From positions 1 through 39,244 of the forward strand of contig JBEGVZ010000074.1 of assembly GCA_041178085.1 (NCBI GenBank): a DNA stretch of 39,244 nt, read 5' to 3'. The DNA comes from Pseudomonadota bacterium. Lineage in GTDB: Bacteria > Bdellovibrionota_B > Oligoflexia > Oligoflexales > RGVZ01. The notes beneath the pieces were generated by a model that did no database searches, was not told the DNA's origin, and worked only from the letters and a program-made list of their open reading frames with translations. The position numbers were made by a program, and so were the translations under genes. Position 1 is the stretch's first letter; every line of letters begins with the position of its first letter. This document shows, piece after piece, positions 10,501 through 19,022 of this stretch.

Positions 10501-11874
10501 ATCGACAGCACGCTTGATCTTTCCTTGCTGCGTGACTTGGTGCCTCAGATCGAAAGCGCCACGGGCAAGGTTCAAGTGAAAGGCAGTATCAAGGGCAGCG
10601 TCAGCAACCCGGAACTTGCACTTGAGGTGTTCGACGTCAGGGCCAATCCCTTCACGGCTGGCACATGGGAACCGCTTTCACTTGGCCTGGCTGACTTCCG
10701 GCCACCGTTGCGCAATATCCGGTTCAAGGCCCACGTCCAGGAAGGGATATTGTTTGTTGACTCTTTCTCGGCGGCCAAAGGTTCGGGGCGTGTCGAAATT
10801 GCCGGGGCCATTCCGATTTTTGCGGAAGAAGATGTTCAGGATTCCACGATGGACATCCGGTTTGACGATGCCACCATTGTTTACCCGGTGGCATTCCTGA
10901 AAAGCTTTGAATCGAGCGTGAGCGGCAATCTTGCCTTGTCTGGAAGGGGGAAGCCCTATCGACTGTCTGGCGACTTGCAGATCACGCGGGCTCGTTCCAC
11001 GCGCGAAGTGGATTTGCGCGAGGAGATTCTTAACACAATCCGCCGCCAGGCCGTCGTTCTTCCCCAGGTGGCGCGCGACCCACTACTTCAATTTGACATT
11101 GCGATCCGCGCCGACCAGACCATCAACGTCAACAACCGCGTGATCCAGGCGCTCTTGAGCAGCAACTTGCAGCTGACGGGATCCGACCAGCAGCCATCGG
11201 TCCTGGGTCAGATCGATATCGCCAGGGGCAAGTTCGTTTACAAACGGGATTTCTCCATCACGCGCGGAATCATTTCGTTTGATGATCCGCTCCGTGTTGA
11301 TCCAACGCTGGAGATCAGCGCCGTCAGTGAAGTGCAGAATTACCGCGTTTACATCAACATGAGCGGTCGGGCATCGAATCCCCGTGTGGATTTCTCGGTC
11401 GACCCGCCGACCAGGCAAAATGGTACACCGATCAACAAGGTCGATATCCTTGTGCTGCTGGGGCGTGGATCCCTGCCGGAGGAACAACAAGCCCTGGGTG
11501 AGTCGCAGAACGTGGCTGCTGCCGAAGGGTACGGGATTATCGCCGGGCTACTCGAGGAACCAGTGGAAAAGCTATTCGACCTCTCGGGTCAGAAGGTCGT
11601 GCGTGAAGTTTATATCGATACTTATGCGTCTCCGGAAGGCAAGCCAGTTCCGCGAGTGAACCTACCCCTGAACCTTGGTGATGAGCTGGACGTCGTATTG
11701 CGTGTCGATCCATCTTCGCTAAAGGTTTCGAGTGAGTATTCGGTCTCTGAAAACATCAGTGTCAGCGGTGGTTTTGAGCGACAGAACGCAGATACGACGA
11801 CGTCGACCGAAACCCAGGGTTCGTCGCCTGCGGATACCGGGGTGGACTTGAAATTTCGTTTCGCATTTCCATGA
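7591..11874 (+). CDS. tamB: Translocation and assembly module TamB / AsmA-like protein
   Basis: 1427 aa, N-terminal signal anchor, long beta-rich body, TamB C-terminal signatures (LQLTGS..PSVLGQIDI..G, FSITRGIISF, DPTLEISA, INMSGRASNP, DILVLL), ends GVDLKFRFAFP. Start is TTG 7591 or GTG 7597. Confidence 0.88.
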   Translation: MKVRISIKHQKLLVMVVLVLAAMYLANLLVDNPYTHRFVRRTVDGLLKDSTHLSVDYRVMRVQLFPPALDLYGLEVNRTDGAHSGGEASTKVNPRLLSAAHIRATLSLWSLLIGSPQLASIEANNARLEIDEYSTIGKVINTDATKNSDPSMSGFSWPPQFPVPVRKVILRNAHVSVFDSGESRRVPLLPASTLFRGENIDLSITTQAWDNADISLSAANVELRIGGTGYLSGAKMVADATYNTNTVDLRISNMESAATTKGLSGDGHVRVTFDEILPKPDLRNISGEASMRVAGDISLLGTILDISETSGPAKASVKAKFSIPLARKGGGAQPQLSVVADTESAGALFGGFKLHNFKSRLDIDMERIAFEDVQLIIGARNYGTGRGFLRLDSPGRYSFQLRPDHLPLSKLLDVFDVGFDVLDLDMTGNDLELSGTSKPFKMLATAQVIADKISLPSTPYDHSRFPESPECDLGLRLDIDSARIVFDGTGGICRSGGGESTIQFTGPVWFDDKRGIDLKVNLPQLDARIGEYFAQIPLRGAGAASTRVHGPYSHVLIDGDFNFRSLLVDKMLLGQATGNWSVDGNKVRWTGLRLVPEEGAEIISADGTLDTSGEMSIDSSVSATNVPPSFITGLLETAGAGIPLAFGLEAVQGKFRGPLKEPLWWDIDASAAVFDVDYQGKRLADHAGAKLAATKDAWRVTQLNSVLGDLGVDGKFAIIRPQSDGKLRRRRGAGFSGSDKAEIEARVYSISNLKSEADHISRMPFLQESLASTEIKGFLAGDVKLGGRLDSLEGAFDATVLRPRLLGSAIAPVRVKGVVTGQKYELIVNQGGNSLEGRLSIDLSRPSMPFDWFLTANRMDIRFVATPWFASDPRNYIYASGSWVMRGEFANFWQSEGKLVINNINGRLLREVLGEQRVVNIQSGGPAEFVFSGGALKAPGGKDLVLNAQQASVRVSLGEGNNLPKRVNIAIDSTLDLSLLRDLVPQIESATGKVQVKGSIKGSVSNPELALEVFDVRANPFTAGTWEPLSLGLADFRPPLRNIRFKAHVQEGILFVDSFSAAKGSGRVEIAGAIPIFAEEDVQDSTMDIRFDDATIVYPVAFLKSFESSVSGNLALSGRGKPYRLSGDLQITRARSTREVDLREEILNTIRRQAVVLPQVARDPLLQFDIAIRADQTINVNNRVIQALLSSNLQLTGSDQQPSVLGQIDIARGKFVYKRDFSITRGIISFDDPLRVDPTLEISAVSEVQNYRVYINMSGRASNPRVDFSVDPPTRQNGTPINKVDILVLLGRGSLPEEQQALGESQNVAAAEGYGIIAGLLEEPVEKLFDLSGQKVVREVYIDTYASPEGKPVPRVNLPLNLGDELDVVLRVDPSSLKVSSEYSVSENISVSGGFERQNADTTTSTETQGSSPADTGVDLKFRFAFP

Positions 11875-14800
11875 TGGTGGTTTTCCTGGCAATGGTTGCT
11901 TACCGGTTGAACATGAGCAAATGGTCGCGGCTGCTCCAATGCGCGGGCACGGCAATGGCTTGCGCGATGGCGACCCTTGCTTCTGAAGTCGCAGCCGCGG
12001 CAACCTGGGAAGTGGCTCCAGGCATCATCAGCGAGACCGCTGCACGCAATTTGCGCGAGCGTCATCCGCGGATTGAAAATCCAGGCGACTTGATGCGATT
12101 GCTGCAAGACATGGCCCGCAAGGCGGAGCTACTCGACCTCAATGCTTCGTTCGTGCCGGATGGTGATGGTGGGAAGTTCCTTATCACCGGACGTGGTGCG
12201 ATGACGGTCGCCGAAATTGACATCCATAGTTCCCTGAGGGACTTGCGTTCCCAGTTGAGGGCGATGGCCCAGAACGTAGAGGGTCAGGTTGATACGCCGG
12301 CTCTTCGGGAGAGAGTCCGTTCCGATTTCACTGCGTACTTGCACCGCCGCGGGTTTTTCGGGGCCAAGGTTTCAGTCAAACCCGAGGTCGATCAGGACTA
12401 TCTCGTCTACAAGGTCAAAGTGTCAGAGGGCGAGCCTTGCGTGATCGAGAAGATTGATATCGGTATCAAACTGCCCTTCGGTGCAAGCACTGGCATTGTG
12501 ACGGGAGATATCTGTGATGAGGAGGCTGTCCGCCAGAGCGTCGAGCGCCTTCTCGATGCCATGCGTGACCGCGGCTACAATCAGGCAAGGATTGAGCTTG
12601 CCGGGATGACCAGGCATCCAGAGCGAAACACGGCCACAGTCCATGTCGGCGGGGTTCTTGGCAAACGCATTCGTTACCAGGTGAATGACAAGTCGCGGGC
12701 GTACCGGATTGGTGACCTGTTCGGAGCCAATGAGCTGAGCGGCATCGACCCAACGATTGTCGGGCCGGACGCAATGGCTGCTGAATTGGTCCGTCGATAC
12801 AAGTCCAAGGGATTTAACGATGTCGCCGTGACTGGACCCAAGCAGGATCGCCGCGCGGATGACGAAATTGTTTATGTGTTCGATGTCGATCCGGGTCCTC
12901 AATACAGCTTGCGCAGTGTCAATTTCGAGGGCAGCCAGCGTTTCCCCAATTCCGAATTGCTTTCGCTGATGAATTTGCAGGGTTTCTGGCAGAACACGTC
13001 AGTTCCCCTTGATCCTGAAGTGATCCGCGCCGGTGTTGACGCGATCAAAGTGAAATACCAGTCGAGCGGTTTCTGGGATGTGGCGGTGCGTGATCGTCCC
13101 CCAGCCAAGGACAAGGATGCGGGCATCGCTCAAGTGACCATTGCGATCAACGAGGGCCAGCAAAGGATGCTGGGCTCGGTTTCGGTTCGTGGCAACAAGT
13201 TTTTCCCAGCTGACATCCTGCTGCAATTGCCGGAGGGCGAAGGCAAGCTGGAAATCGGTGCCCCGTTGGATCGCTCTGTGCTCTATAAGTTGCAGCAGGC
13301 CATCCGCACCCGCTATTTCGAGGCCGGGTACCTCTATACAGACGTCAAAGTTGACCTTGCGTACCGGCAGGAGAAGAAGCTGATCCAGGTCGATGTCGTG
13401 GTCGAGGTGTTTGAGGGCAGCCGTGTGAAGATCGGGAACATCTCCGTGACCGGTCTGGCTCGCACGAAGCCCAAGGTCGTCTTGCGCGAACTTCGCTTCG
13501 AGCCGGGCCAGTGGTACGACCCGGAAAAGATCACCGAGTCCCGGCGGGCCCTTGTCGCCCTCGGTCTTTTCCGGGCTGTCCAGATCCTGCCGATGGATCG
13601 TAACGCCCTTTCCGACGAGGAACCCGAACTGGATATCCTGGTCGATGTCCGTGAAGGGAAGGCGGGCAGTGTTTCCTTCGGGCCTGGGTGGAGTCTTGCC
13701 GACGGATACCGGTTCAACACCGAGGCCACCTACAACAACATTGGCGGGCTTGCCCGGCAGGTTTCACTGCGCGCGGGTTTCTCGCAGGAAGTAAGGCAAG
13801 TTGCGATCGGTAACAAGACCCTGGTTGGCAGGAATATCGGTGGGGGTTACGTGGAACCCTATGTGCTTGATCTTCCTTTCGACCTTACTGTGTCTGCAAC
13901 CAACCAGGCGCGTGCGACCGAGACCGCCTGGGAACTCAGTCGCGCCGGCGAAGTGGCCCTGAGCAAGAAGCTCAGATGGTTGGGGCCGACTTCAGTGGCT
14001 TCGTTGTATTACGGGCAAAAAGTCACGCGGCAGGAGTCTGATTACGCCAGGCGTTCTGCTTTGCTTTCCGATGATGTGCGTGTTGGCGTTGTCGGTTTGC
14101 GGGCAAACATCGACCGCCGAAACGATACGACTTGGCCCACACGTGGATGGACCATGAGTCCGGAAATCAGCATGGCCCGGTTTGCGATGGGCGGTGACCT
14201 GCGCTTCTTGCGCACCCAACTGGACTATGCCAGGTATTTTGGCCTGCGCCCCCGTTTCGTGCTTGCGGTTGGCGCAAGTGTATCCGCTTACCAGGATGTT
14301 GAACGCAAGGGAGAAGATCGTTCGCTGGACTTGTTGCCCCCTTCAGAGAGGCTGTACGTCGGTGGTGCTGACTCGATACGGGGTTATCGCGAACGGTCTC
14401 TTGGCCCCCTGGTACGCAGCCCTGTGATCGATGATGACGGGATCTGGAATTGCGGTTGGCAAACAAGTCGTTCAGGGGGTTCCCGGCGACTTGTGTTCAA
14501 ACTGGAGGGACGTTATCGCCTTACTGACAGCCTTGCTGCAACGGCCTTCGTCGACAATGGCAATGTGTTTTTCAGCAAGGAAGAAATGGACAGGTTCGGC
14601 AAGGCTTTTTCTGATCCAGTCGAAGTATCCGGTGTGGGTGACGAATGTGCCCCCGGGCAAGCGATCCGCAGCGTCGAAGACAATAATGGATACAGCCTGG
14701 ATGACTTGAAGAAGGAGCCCGGGCTGCTCTGGACCAGGCACTATTCAAGCTATGGCACCGCCATAAACTTTCTGACGGCGATTGGCTCCGTGAATCTTGC

Positions 14801-14936
14801 CTACGGACTGCCCATGCGGGAGCCAACGTCTTCTGCATGTAGCAGTGGTGAGGGAGATTGTTATCCGAGGGGCAAGCAGGAAGGTTACTGGCTCACTCGC
14901 GGTGAGTTTCATTTGAATGTCGGGGCGCGATTTTAA
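11871..14936 (+). CDS. Omp85 family outer membrane protein (BamA/TamA-like) with POTRA domains
   Basis: Repeated POTRA motifs (YLHRRGFF, RDRGYN, YFEAGY, ISVTGLARTKPKVVLREL, LGLFRAV), barrel motif RLYVGGADSIRGY, AFVDNGNVF, C-terminal FHLNVGARF. ATGA overlap with tamB; alternative start ATG near 11913. Confidence 0.9.
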   Translation: MMVVFLAMVAYRLNMSKWSRLLQCAGTAMACAMATLASEVAAAATWEVAPGIISETAARNLRERHPRIENPGDLMRLLQDMARKAELLDLNASFVPDGDGGKFLITGRGAMTVAEIDIHSSLRDLRSQLRAMAQNVEGQVDTPALRERVRSDFTAYLHRRGFFGAKVSVKPEVDQDYLVYKVKVSEGEPCVIEKIDIGIKLPFGASTGIVTGDICDEEAVRQSVERLLDAMRDRGYNQARIELAGMTRHPERNTATVHVGGVLGKRIRYQVNDKSRAYRIGDLFGANELSGIDPTIVGPDAMAAELVRRYKSKGFNDVAVTGPKQDRRADDEIVYVFDVDPGPQYSLRSVNFEGSQRFPNSELLSLMNLQGFWQNTSVPLDPEVIRAGVDAIKVKYQSSGFWDVAVRDRPPAKDKDAGIAQVTIAINEGQQRMLGSVSVRGNKFFPADILLQLPEGEGKLEIGAPLDRSVLYKLQQAIRTRYFEAGYLYTDVKVDLAYRQEKKLIQVDVVVEVFEGSRVKIGNISVTGLARTKPKVVLRELRFEPGQWYDPEKITESRRALVALGLFRAVQILPMDRNALSDEEPELDILVDVREGKAGSVSFGPGWSLADGYRFNTEATYNNIGGLARQVSLRAGFSQEVRQVAIGNKTLVGRNIGGGYVEPYVLDLPFDLTVSATNQARATETAWELSRAGEVALSKKLRWLGPTSVASLYYGQKVTRQESDYARRSALLSDDVRVGVVGLRANIDRRNDTTWPTRGWTMSPEISMARFAMGGDLRFLRTQLDYARYFGLRPRFVLAVGASVSAYQDVERKGEDRSLDLLPPSERLYVGGADSIRGYRERSLGPLVRSPVIDDDGIWNCGWQTSRSGGSRRLVFKLEGRYRLTDSLAATAFVDNGNVFFSKEEMDRFGKAFSDPVEVSGVGDECAPGQAIRSVEDNNGYSLDDLKKEPGLLWTRHYSSYGTAINFLTAIGSVNLAYGLPMREPTSSACSSGEGDCYPRGKQEGYWLTRGEFHLNVGARF

Positions 14937-14955
14937 AAAGGGGATCGAAACTGTG

Positions 14956-17112
14956 ATGCACGATGATCAGCATCAGCAAGAGCTGGCAACCCATGACATG
15001 GAAATCAGCAACTATTTGGCAGGGGCTTCCCCCGATGAACGCATTGCGGCGCTGCGCGAACTTGGCGCCCGCGGCATGGTAATGCCACCGGCGCTGGTTT
15101 CCGCACTGTTTTCGCTGGATATTCCGGTGGCAGAAAAGCTTGCGTTACTTGAGGTGGCGTCTCTTGCGGGTGACGAGGGGCTGGAGTCCTTCATTTTTGA
15201 CAACCTGGTCCATTGGACCCAGGAGCTTGCCGCTCGCGCATTGCGCTTGTGGGCGCAGAATCCCGTTCGCGGGAATCGTTGGCAGGATTTGTCGAGGCTT
15301 GCCCAATTGCCTGGAATTCCGCAGCGTGTCCTCTACACCATTCTTGACATTGCGCCGGCTTGCGACGGGCGGCGTGAACCAGTTATCTCTCTGGTCAAGG
15401 CATGTGTTGAGCCAGCCGTGCGCGAACCGCAAGGGTACTTGTCCCCGGCATTCAACGCTTTGATGCTGGTCCGGATGTACGAATTCAAGATATTTGACGA
15501 GCGTGTTGTCGCGCTGGCGGCATCCATCTGCAAGCGTGCTGCAGCCGAACTGGTACCTGAAGACAAGTCGGCCATGGCGGCATGGCTTTACCTCTGGCGA
15601 TTTTCACCGGACACGTTTGCCTCGCTGGCATCAACAATCCCTGGCGATTCTCCGCAGCGGATGGTCGGGAGCCTTTCCGCGGACTTCAGCTTGACTTCTC
15701 AAGTGCAGGCGGCCTTGCCGGCTCGCAAAAAGCGTTCGCCTGCACGCGTCCATGTCGCAGACGGTGGCGCAGCGGCTTGCCTTTCCAAGCTTTGCAGGCA
15801 GGCGTCTGGCGCCCCTGCGGATGGTGGTGTCACGACAGGGTCCGTTTGGCACCTGCTTCTGCGCGTGGCGGATCCATCAACGCCGGAGCGTGACCTGCGG
15901 GAACATGCAGCGGCGTTGCGTCCGATGGGTGGCATTTACCGGATGGCCTACCTGCGAGCGCTTGGTCACCGTCGCGGCAGTGACGAGGCCGTTTTGAAGT
16001 TGCTGGACTTCGTCCGATCGAACCATTCACCCGAACTGCGTGAAGTGGCGCGGTCCTTGTCGGCGATCGGAACGCCCCGCGCCGTGCAGGAGTTGATCGC
16101 GATGATCTCGCGTGCGAATGCGGATGTCGATTTGCAGCTCGACATCGCGTCGCTGCTGCGTCGTCATAACCTGCAGGCGCATCGAGCTGAGCTCATGGCG
16201 GCGGCAAACCACCTTGCCGCACGGGTGCGTGAAGGGCGCGGGACCGGGAGCGGTGCCGAGGCCACCTTTGAGGTGTGGGAAGCCCTGCTCGAATTGGTTG
16301 GTAATGAGGTCCCTGCCAAAATTGATTCAGCCTCGTCACCGGTTTCGACCAGCACGTCCAATACCGTATCCGGATTTGAGGTGGGCGAGATGGACGCCGG
16401 GTTGTCCAGGATCATTCCCAACTACTCAGAGTTGTCTGCCGAGGTCAAAAGGGCGTTACGCACGGCATGGTATTTTCACCGCCAGATTGAGGCGCATCCT
16501 GCGACTTCGGCGATCGACCTCAGCCCGGTGATTGACATGCAGTACAAGGCCCTGGAACTTCTGTTCCGGGAGTTTTTTGAGGACGCTTCCAGCCGGCTTA
16601 TCCAGACCGGTGTCATCCAGCGCAAACTCGACCTGATCGGGTATTCACGTCCCGTTCCTGCAAAGATGGATGAGTTTGAAAGCTTCGTGGCCGGTATGCC
16701 GGTGATTGACTCCATCCCGTTTTTCAGCAAGTTCAAGCTCAGGAAGATGCTGCTCGCCCTTTGCCAGTTTAAACCCGGTAAGCGTTTCACCCTGGATGGT
16801 CTCAAGGCATTTGGGTTGTTCTTCTTTGTCTTCGGGCGTAGCGAATGCCGGTTCGGACTGGCTGGAATCGTCCCGGTTGTGCCCGGGACGGTTGCAAACG
16901 ACCGCAAGTTGGCGGAATTTTGCCGTCTGCTCCACGTTTTCCAGGACTTCCGCAACCGGGCAGCCCACGAGGGGTTCCATCCGGAGGCTGCCGCCGACAT
17001 CCAGGGGATCTGGCGGAATTCCGCGGAAATCATTCAGACGGCATTCGCGATTCGCAAGGCTTTCGGCCGTTCGGGCCCCGAACCGGGCCTTGTCCGGGGC
17101 CGCGCCAGCTGA
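14956..17112 (+). CDS. HEAT-repeat protein with putative C-terminal HEPN-like domain
   Basis: HEAT/PBS-like helices (RMAYLRALG..EAVLKLLDFV; REVARSLSAIGTPRAVQELIAMI). C-terminal DLSP..QYKALE and FRNRAAHE. Start moved to ATG 14956 (or GTG 14953) after a G-rich RBS. Confidence 0.65.
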   Translation: MHDDQHQQELATHDMEISNYLAGASPDERIAALRELGARGMVMPPALVSALFSLDIPVAEKLALLEVASLAGDEGLESFIFDNLVHWTQELAARALRLWAQNPVRGNRWQDLSRLAQLPGIPQRVLYTILDIAPACDGRREPVISLVKACVEPAVREPQGYLSPAFNALMLVRMYEFKIFDERVVALAASICKRAAAELVPEDKSAMAAWLYLWRFSPDTFASLASTIPGDSPQRMVGSLSADFSLTSQVQAALPARKKRSPARVHVADGGAAACLSKLCRQASGAPADGGVTTGSVWHLLLRVADPSTPERDLREHAAALRPMGGIYRMAYLRALGHRRGSDEAVLKLLDFVRSNHSPELREVARSLSAIGTPRAVQELIAMISRANADVDLQLDIASLLRRHNLQAHRAELMAAANHLAARVREGRGTGSGAEATFEVWEALLELVGNEVPAKIDSASSPVSTSTSNTVSGFEVGEMDAGLSRIIPNYSELSAEVKRALRTAWYFHRQIEAHPATSAIDLSPVIDMQYKALELLFREFFEDASSRLIQTGVIQRKLDLIGYSRPVPAKMDEFESFVAGMPVIDSIPFFSKFKLRKMLLALCQFKPGKRFTLDGLKAFGLFFFVFGRSECRFGLAGIVPVVPGTVANDRKLAEFCRLLHVFQDFRNRAAHEGFHPEAAADIQGIWRNSAEIIQTAFAIRKAFGRSGPEPGLVRGRAS

Positions 17113-17113
17113 T

Positions 17114-17176
17114 AACCTCGCCCCTCTGGTTCCAGAAAAAACGAATTTCAGGAACTTTTTCAGAGGGTTGGGGGTT
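17114..17176 (+). promoter_or_regulatory. Long imperfect hairpin filling the intergenic region before fabG (terminator and/or RBS-sequestering stem)
   Basis: Nested pairs AACCTC/GGGGTT, CCCTCTG/CAGAGGG, GTTCC/GGAAC, GAAA/TTTC. The inner stem is followed by TTTTT (17156-17160). Confidence 0.45.
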
Positions 17177-17179
17177 TTT

Positions 17180-17959
17180 ATGGCTGCCATTTCGGCGTCT
17201 TCGAGTTCCACCGGTGGCAACACAGGCACAACCGGTCAAAAAGTTGCACTTGTAACAGGCGCTTCGCGCGGTATCGGTGCTGCTTGTGCCATCGCTCTCG
17301 GGCATGCAGGTTTCAAAGTCGCGGTGCATTACCGCGGCCAGGAAGACAAGGCGATGGCGGTCTGTGCTCAGATTCCAGGCGCCAAGGCATTTCGTGCGGA
17401 CCTTTCGGATCCTGCGGCTTGCCAGGAGTTGATCAAAACTGTGACCGCGGAAATGGGTGGTTTGCATGTGCTCGTGAACAACGCGGGTGTAGCCATCGAC
17501 CAGGTCCTGCCTCTTGCCAAACCTGATGACTTCGACACGCTCATCGCAACCAACCTGAAGCCGGTGTTCATGCTGTCCAAGTTTGCCGCGCGGCAGATGA
17601 TTCGACAAAAATGGGGGCGCATCATCAACTTGGCGTCCGTAGTCGGTTTCACCGGCAATCCGGGTCAAAGCATGTACGCTGCCACCAAGGCCGGCATCAC
17701 CGGATTCACCAAGTCGATCGCAGCGGAACTGGCTCCCTACGGGATCATGGCCAACTGTGTGGCCCCGGGTTTCATCCAGACCGACATGACGGCTGCTTTG
17801 CCTGAAGGCGTCAAGGAAGCGATGTTGTCCAGGATTCCCTTGAAACGTTTTGGGCAGGTTGAGGACATTGCCGGAGCGGTAGAATTCCTCGCCTCCGAAA
17901 AGTCTTCGTACATCACCGGGTCCACGATCCATGTGAATGGCGGAATGTTCACCAACTGA
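17180..17959 (+). CDS. fabG: 3-oxoacyl-ACP reductase
   Basis: TGASRGIG, VNNAG, GRIINLASVVG, YAATK, NCVAPGFIQTDMT, IHVNGGM. True start ATG 17180; the track's upstream extension overlaps the previous gene. Confidence 0.9.
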   Translation: MAAISASSSSTGGNTGTTGQKVALVTGASRGIGAACAIALGHAGFKVAVHYRGQEDKAMAVCAQIPGAKAFRADLSDPAACQELIKTVTAEMGGLHVLVNNAGVAIDQVLPLAKPDDFDTLIATNLKPVFMLSKFAARQMIRQKWGRIINLASVVGFTGNPGQSMYAATKAGITGFTKSIAAELAPYGIMANCVAPGFIQTDMTAALPEGVKEAMLSRIPLKRFGQVEDIAGAVEFLASEKSSYITGSTIHVNGGMFTN

Positions 17960-17969
17960 CGGGATTTTC

Positions 17970-19016
17970 ATGTCTCCCCAGAACGCGAAAACACCAGCGA
18001 ACCAGCGTATTTTCATCACAGCATTCGGGCACTTTGTTCCTGCGAATGTCATCGATAACGAATTTTTTGGCACTCTGGATATCGGCTCTGATGGGCAGTG
18101 GATTGTCGACCGGGTCGGAATCCGTGAGCGGCGTAGCATCCTGACCACCGCTGAATTGCGCGCGTTACGTCGTCGTGAGATCACGCGAGATGACTTGTGG
18201 GCAGCCGGCAGGATCATGACGTTCGGCAAGATGGCGGCGAGCGCCTGGGAACACGGCATGTCTCGTGCGGGCCGCCGCACTGCAGACCTCCACGCGGATG
18301 CGGTCATTGGTGGCACGTCTGTGCCAGACAGCGACATTCCATCCCACGCCTGTTACGCGGCGCGTGATTCAGGGCTGTCGACAGGGTTTGCTTACGACAC
18401 TAACTCTGCTTGCAGCACGTTTGTCGTACAGCTGCATACCATGCGTGGCCTGTTCGCTTCGGGTAGTGCGCGCACAGGAGCGATATTTGGGGCAGAGCGT
18501 TATACAACCCGCGTGGACTACGCCGACCGTAAAAGCTGCATCCTGTTCGGAGACAGTTCCTACGCGGCATTTATCGAGGCCTCGCCAAACGGCAAATGCC
18601 TGGAAGTCATCGATACTTTTGTTGAATCTTCTCCGGAAGGTGCGGACACGATCCGCATGCTTGATGGTAAACCGTTTGAGCAAGACGGGCAGGCTGTCCA
18701 GAAGTTTGCCATCCTGAAAACGGTTGCGGCGGCCCAGGCCATGCTGGAGCGCAACAAGTTGTCGGTCTCTGAAATCGACTGGTTTGTCGGGCATCAAGCA
18801 AACCTGCGAATGCTTTCGTCGGCGGCGCAGCGACTTGGTCTTGCTCCTGAACAACATCTATTCAACGTGGACACGCATGGAAATCAGGGTGGGGCGGGAG
18901 CGCCTGTATCGCTCAGCCAGAACTGGGATCGCCTGCGACCGGGGCAACATGTGGTCATGTCCGTGGTTGGTTCTGGCCTGACATGGGGCTCTGCCCTGTT
19001 CAAGGTCCATGGTTGA
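17970..19016 (+). CDS. fabH: 3-oxoacyl-ACP synthase III family
   Basis: WIVDRVGIRERR, Cys-His-Asn triad (NSACST, VGHQAN, HGN), ILFGD, GSGLTWG. Start ATG 17970. Confidence 0.88.
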   Translation: MSPQNAKTPANQRIFITAFGHFVPANVIDNEFFGTLDIGSDGQWIVDRVGIRERRSILTTAELRALRRREITRDDLWAAGRIMTFGKMAASAWEHGMSRAGRRTADLHADAVIGGTSVPDSDIPSHACYAARDSGLSTGFAYDTNSACSTFVVQLHTMRGLFASGSARTGAIFGAERYTTRVDYADRKSCILFGDSSYAAFIEASPNGKCLEVIDTFVESSPEGADTIRMLDGKPFEQDGQAVQKFAILKTVAAAQAMLERNKLSVSEIDWFVGHQANLRMLSSAAQRLGLAPEQHLFNVDTHGNQGGAGAPVSLSQNWDRLRPGQHVVMSVVGSGLTWGSALFKVHG

Positions 19017-19022
19017 TTGCCC

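Noticed and set aside
16706..17179. 158-aa N-terminal extension of FabG in the ORF track
   Set aside because: Out-of-frame overlap with the HEAT/HEPN gene, S/R/P-rich, and not needed for a complete FabG; not a fusion.
17030..18337. 435-aa minus-strand ORF
   Set aside because: Antisense shadow of fabG/fabH, common for SDR genes in GC-rich DNA; no recognisable motifs.
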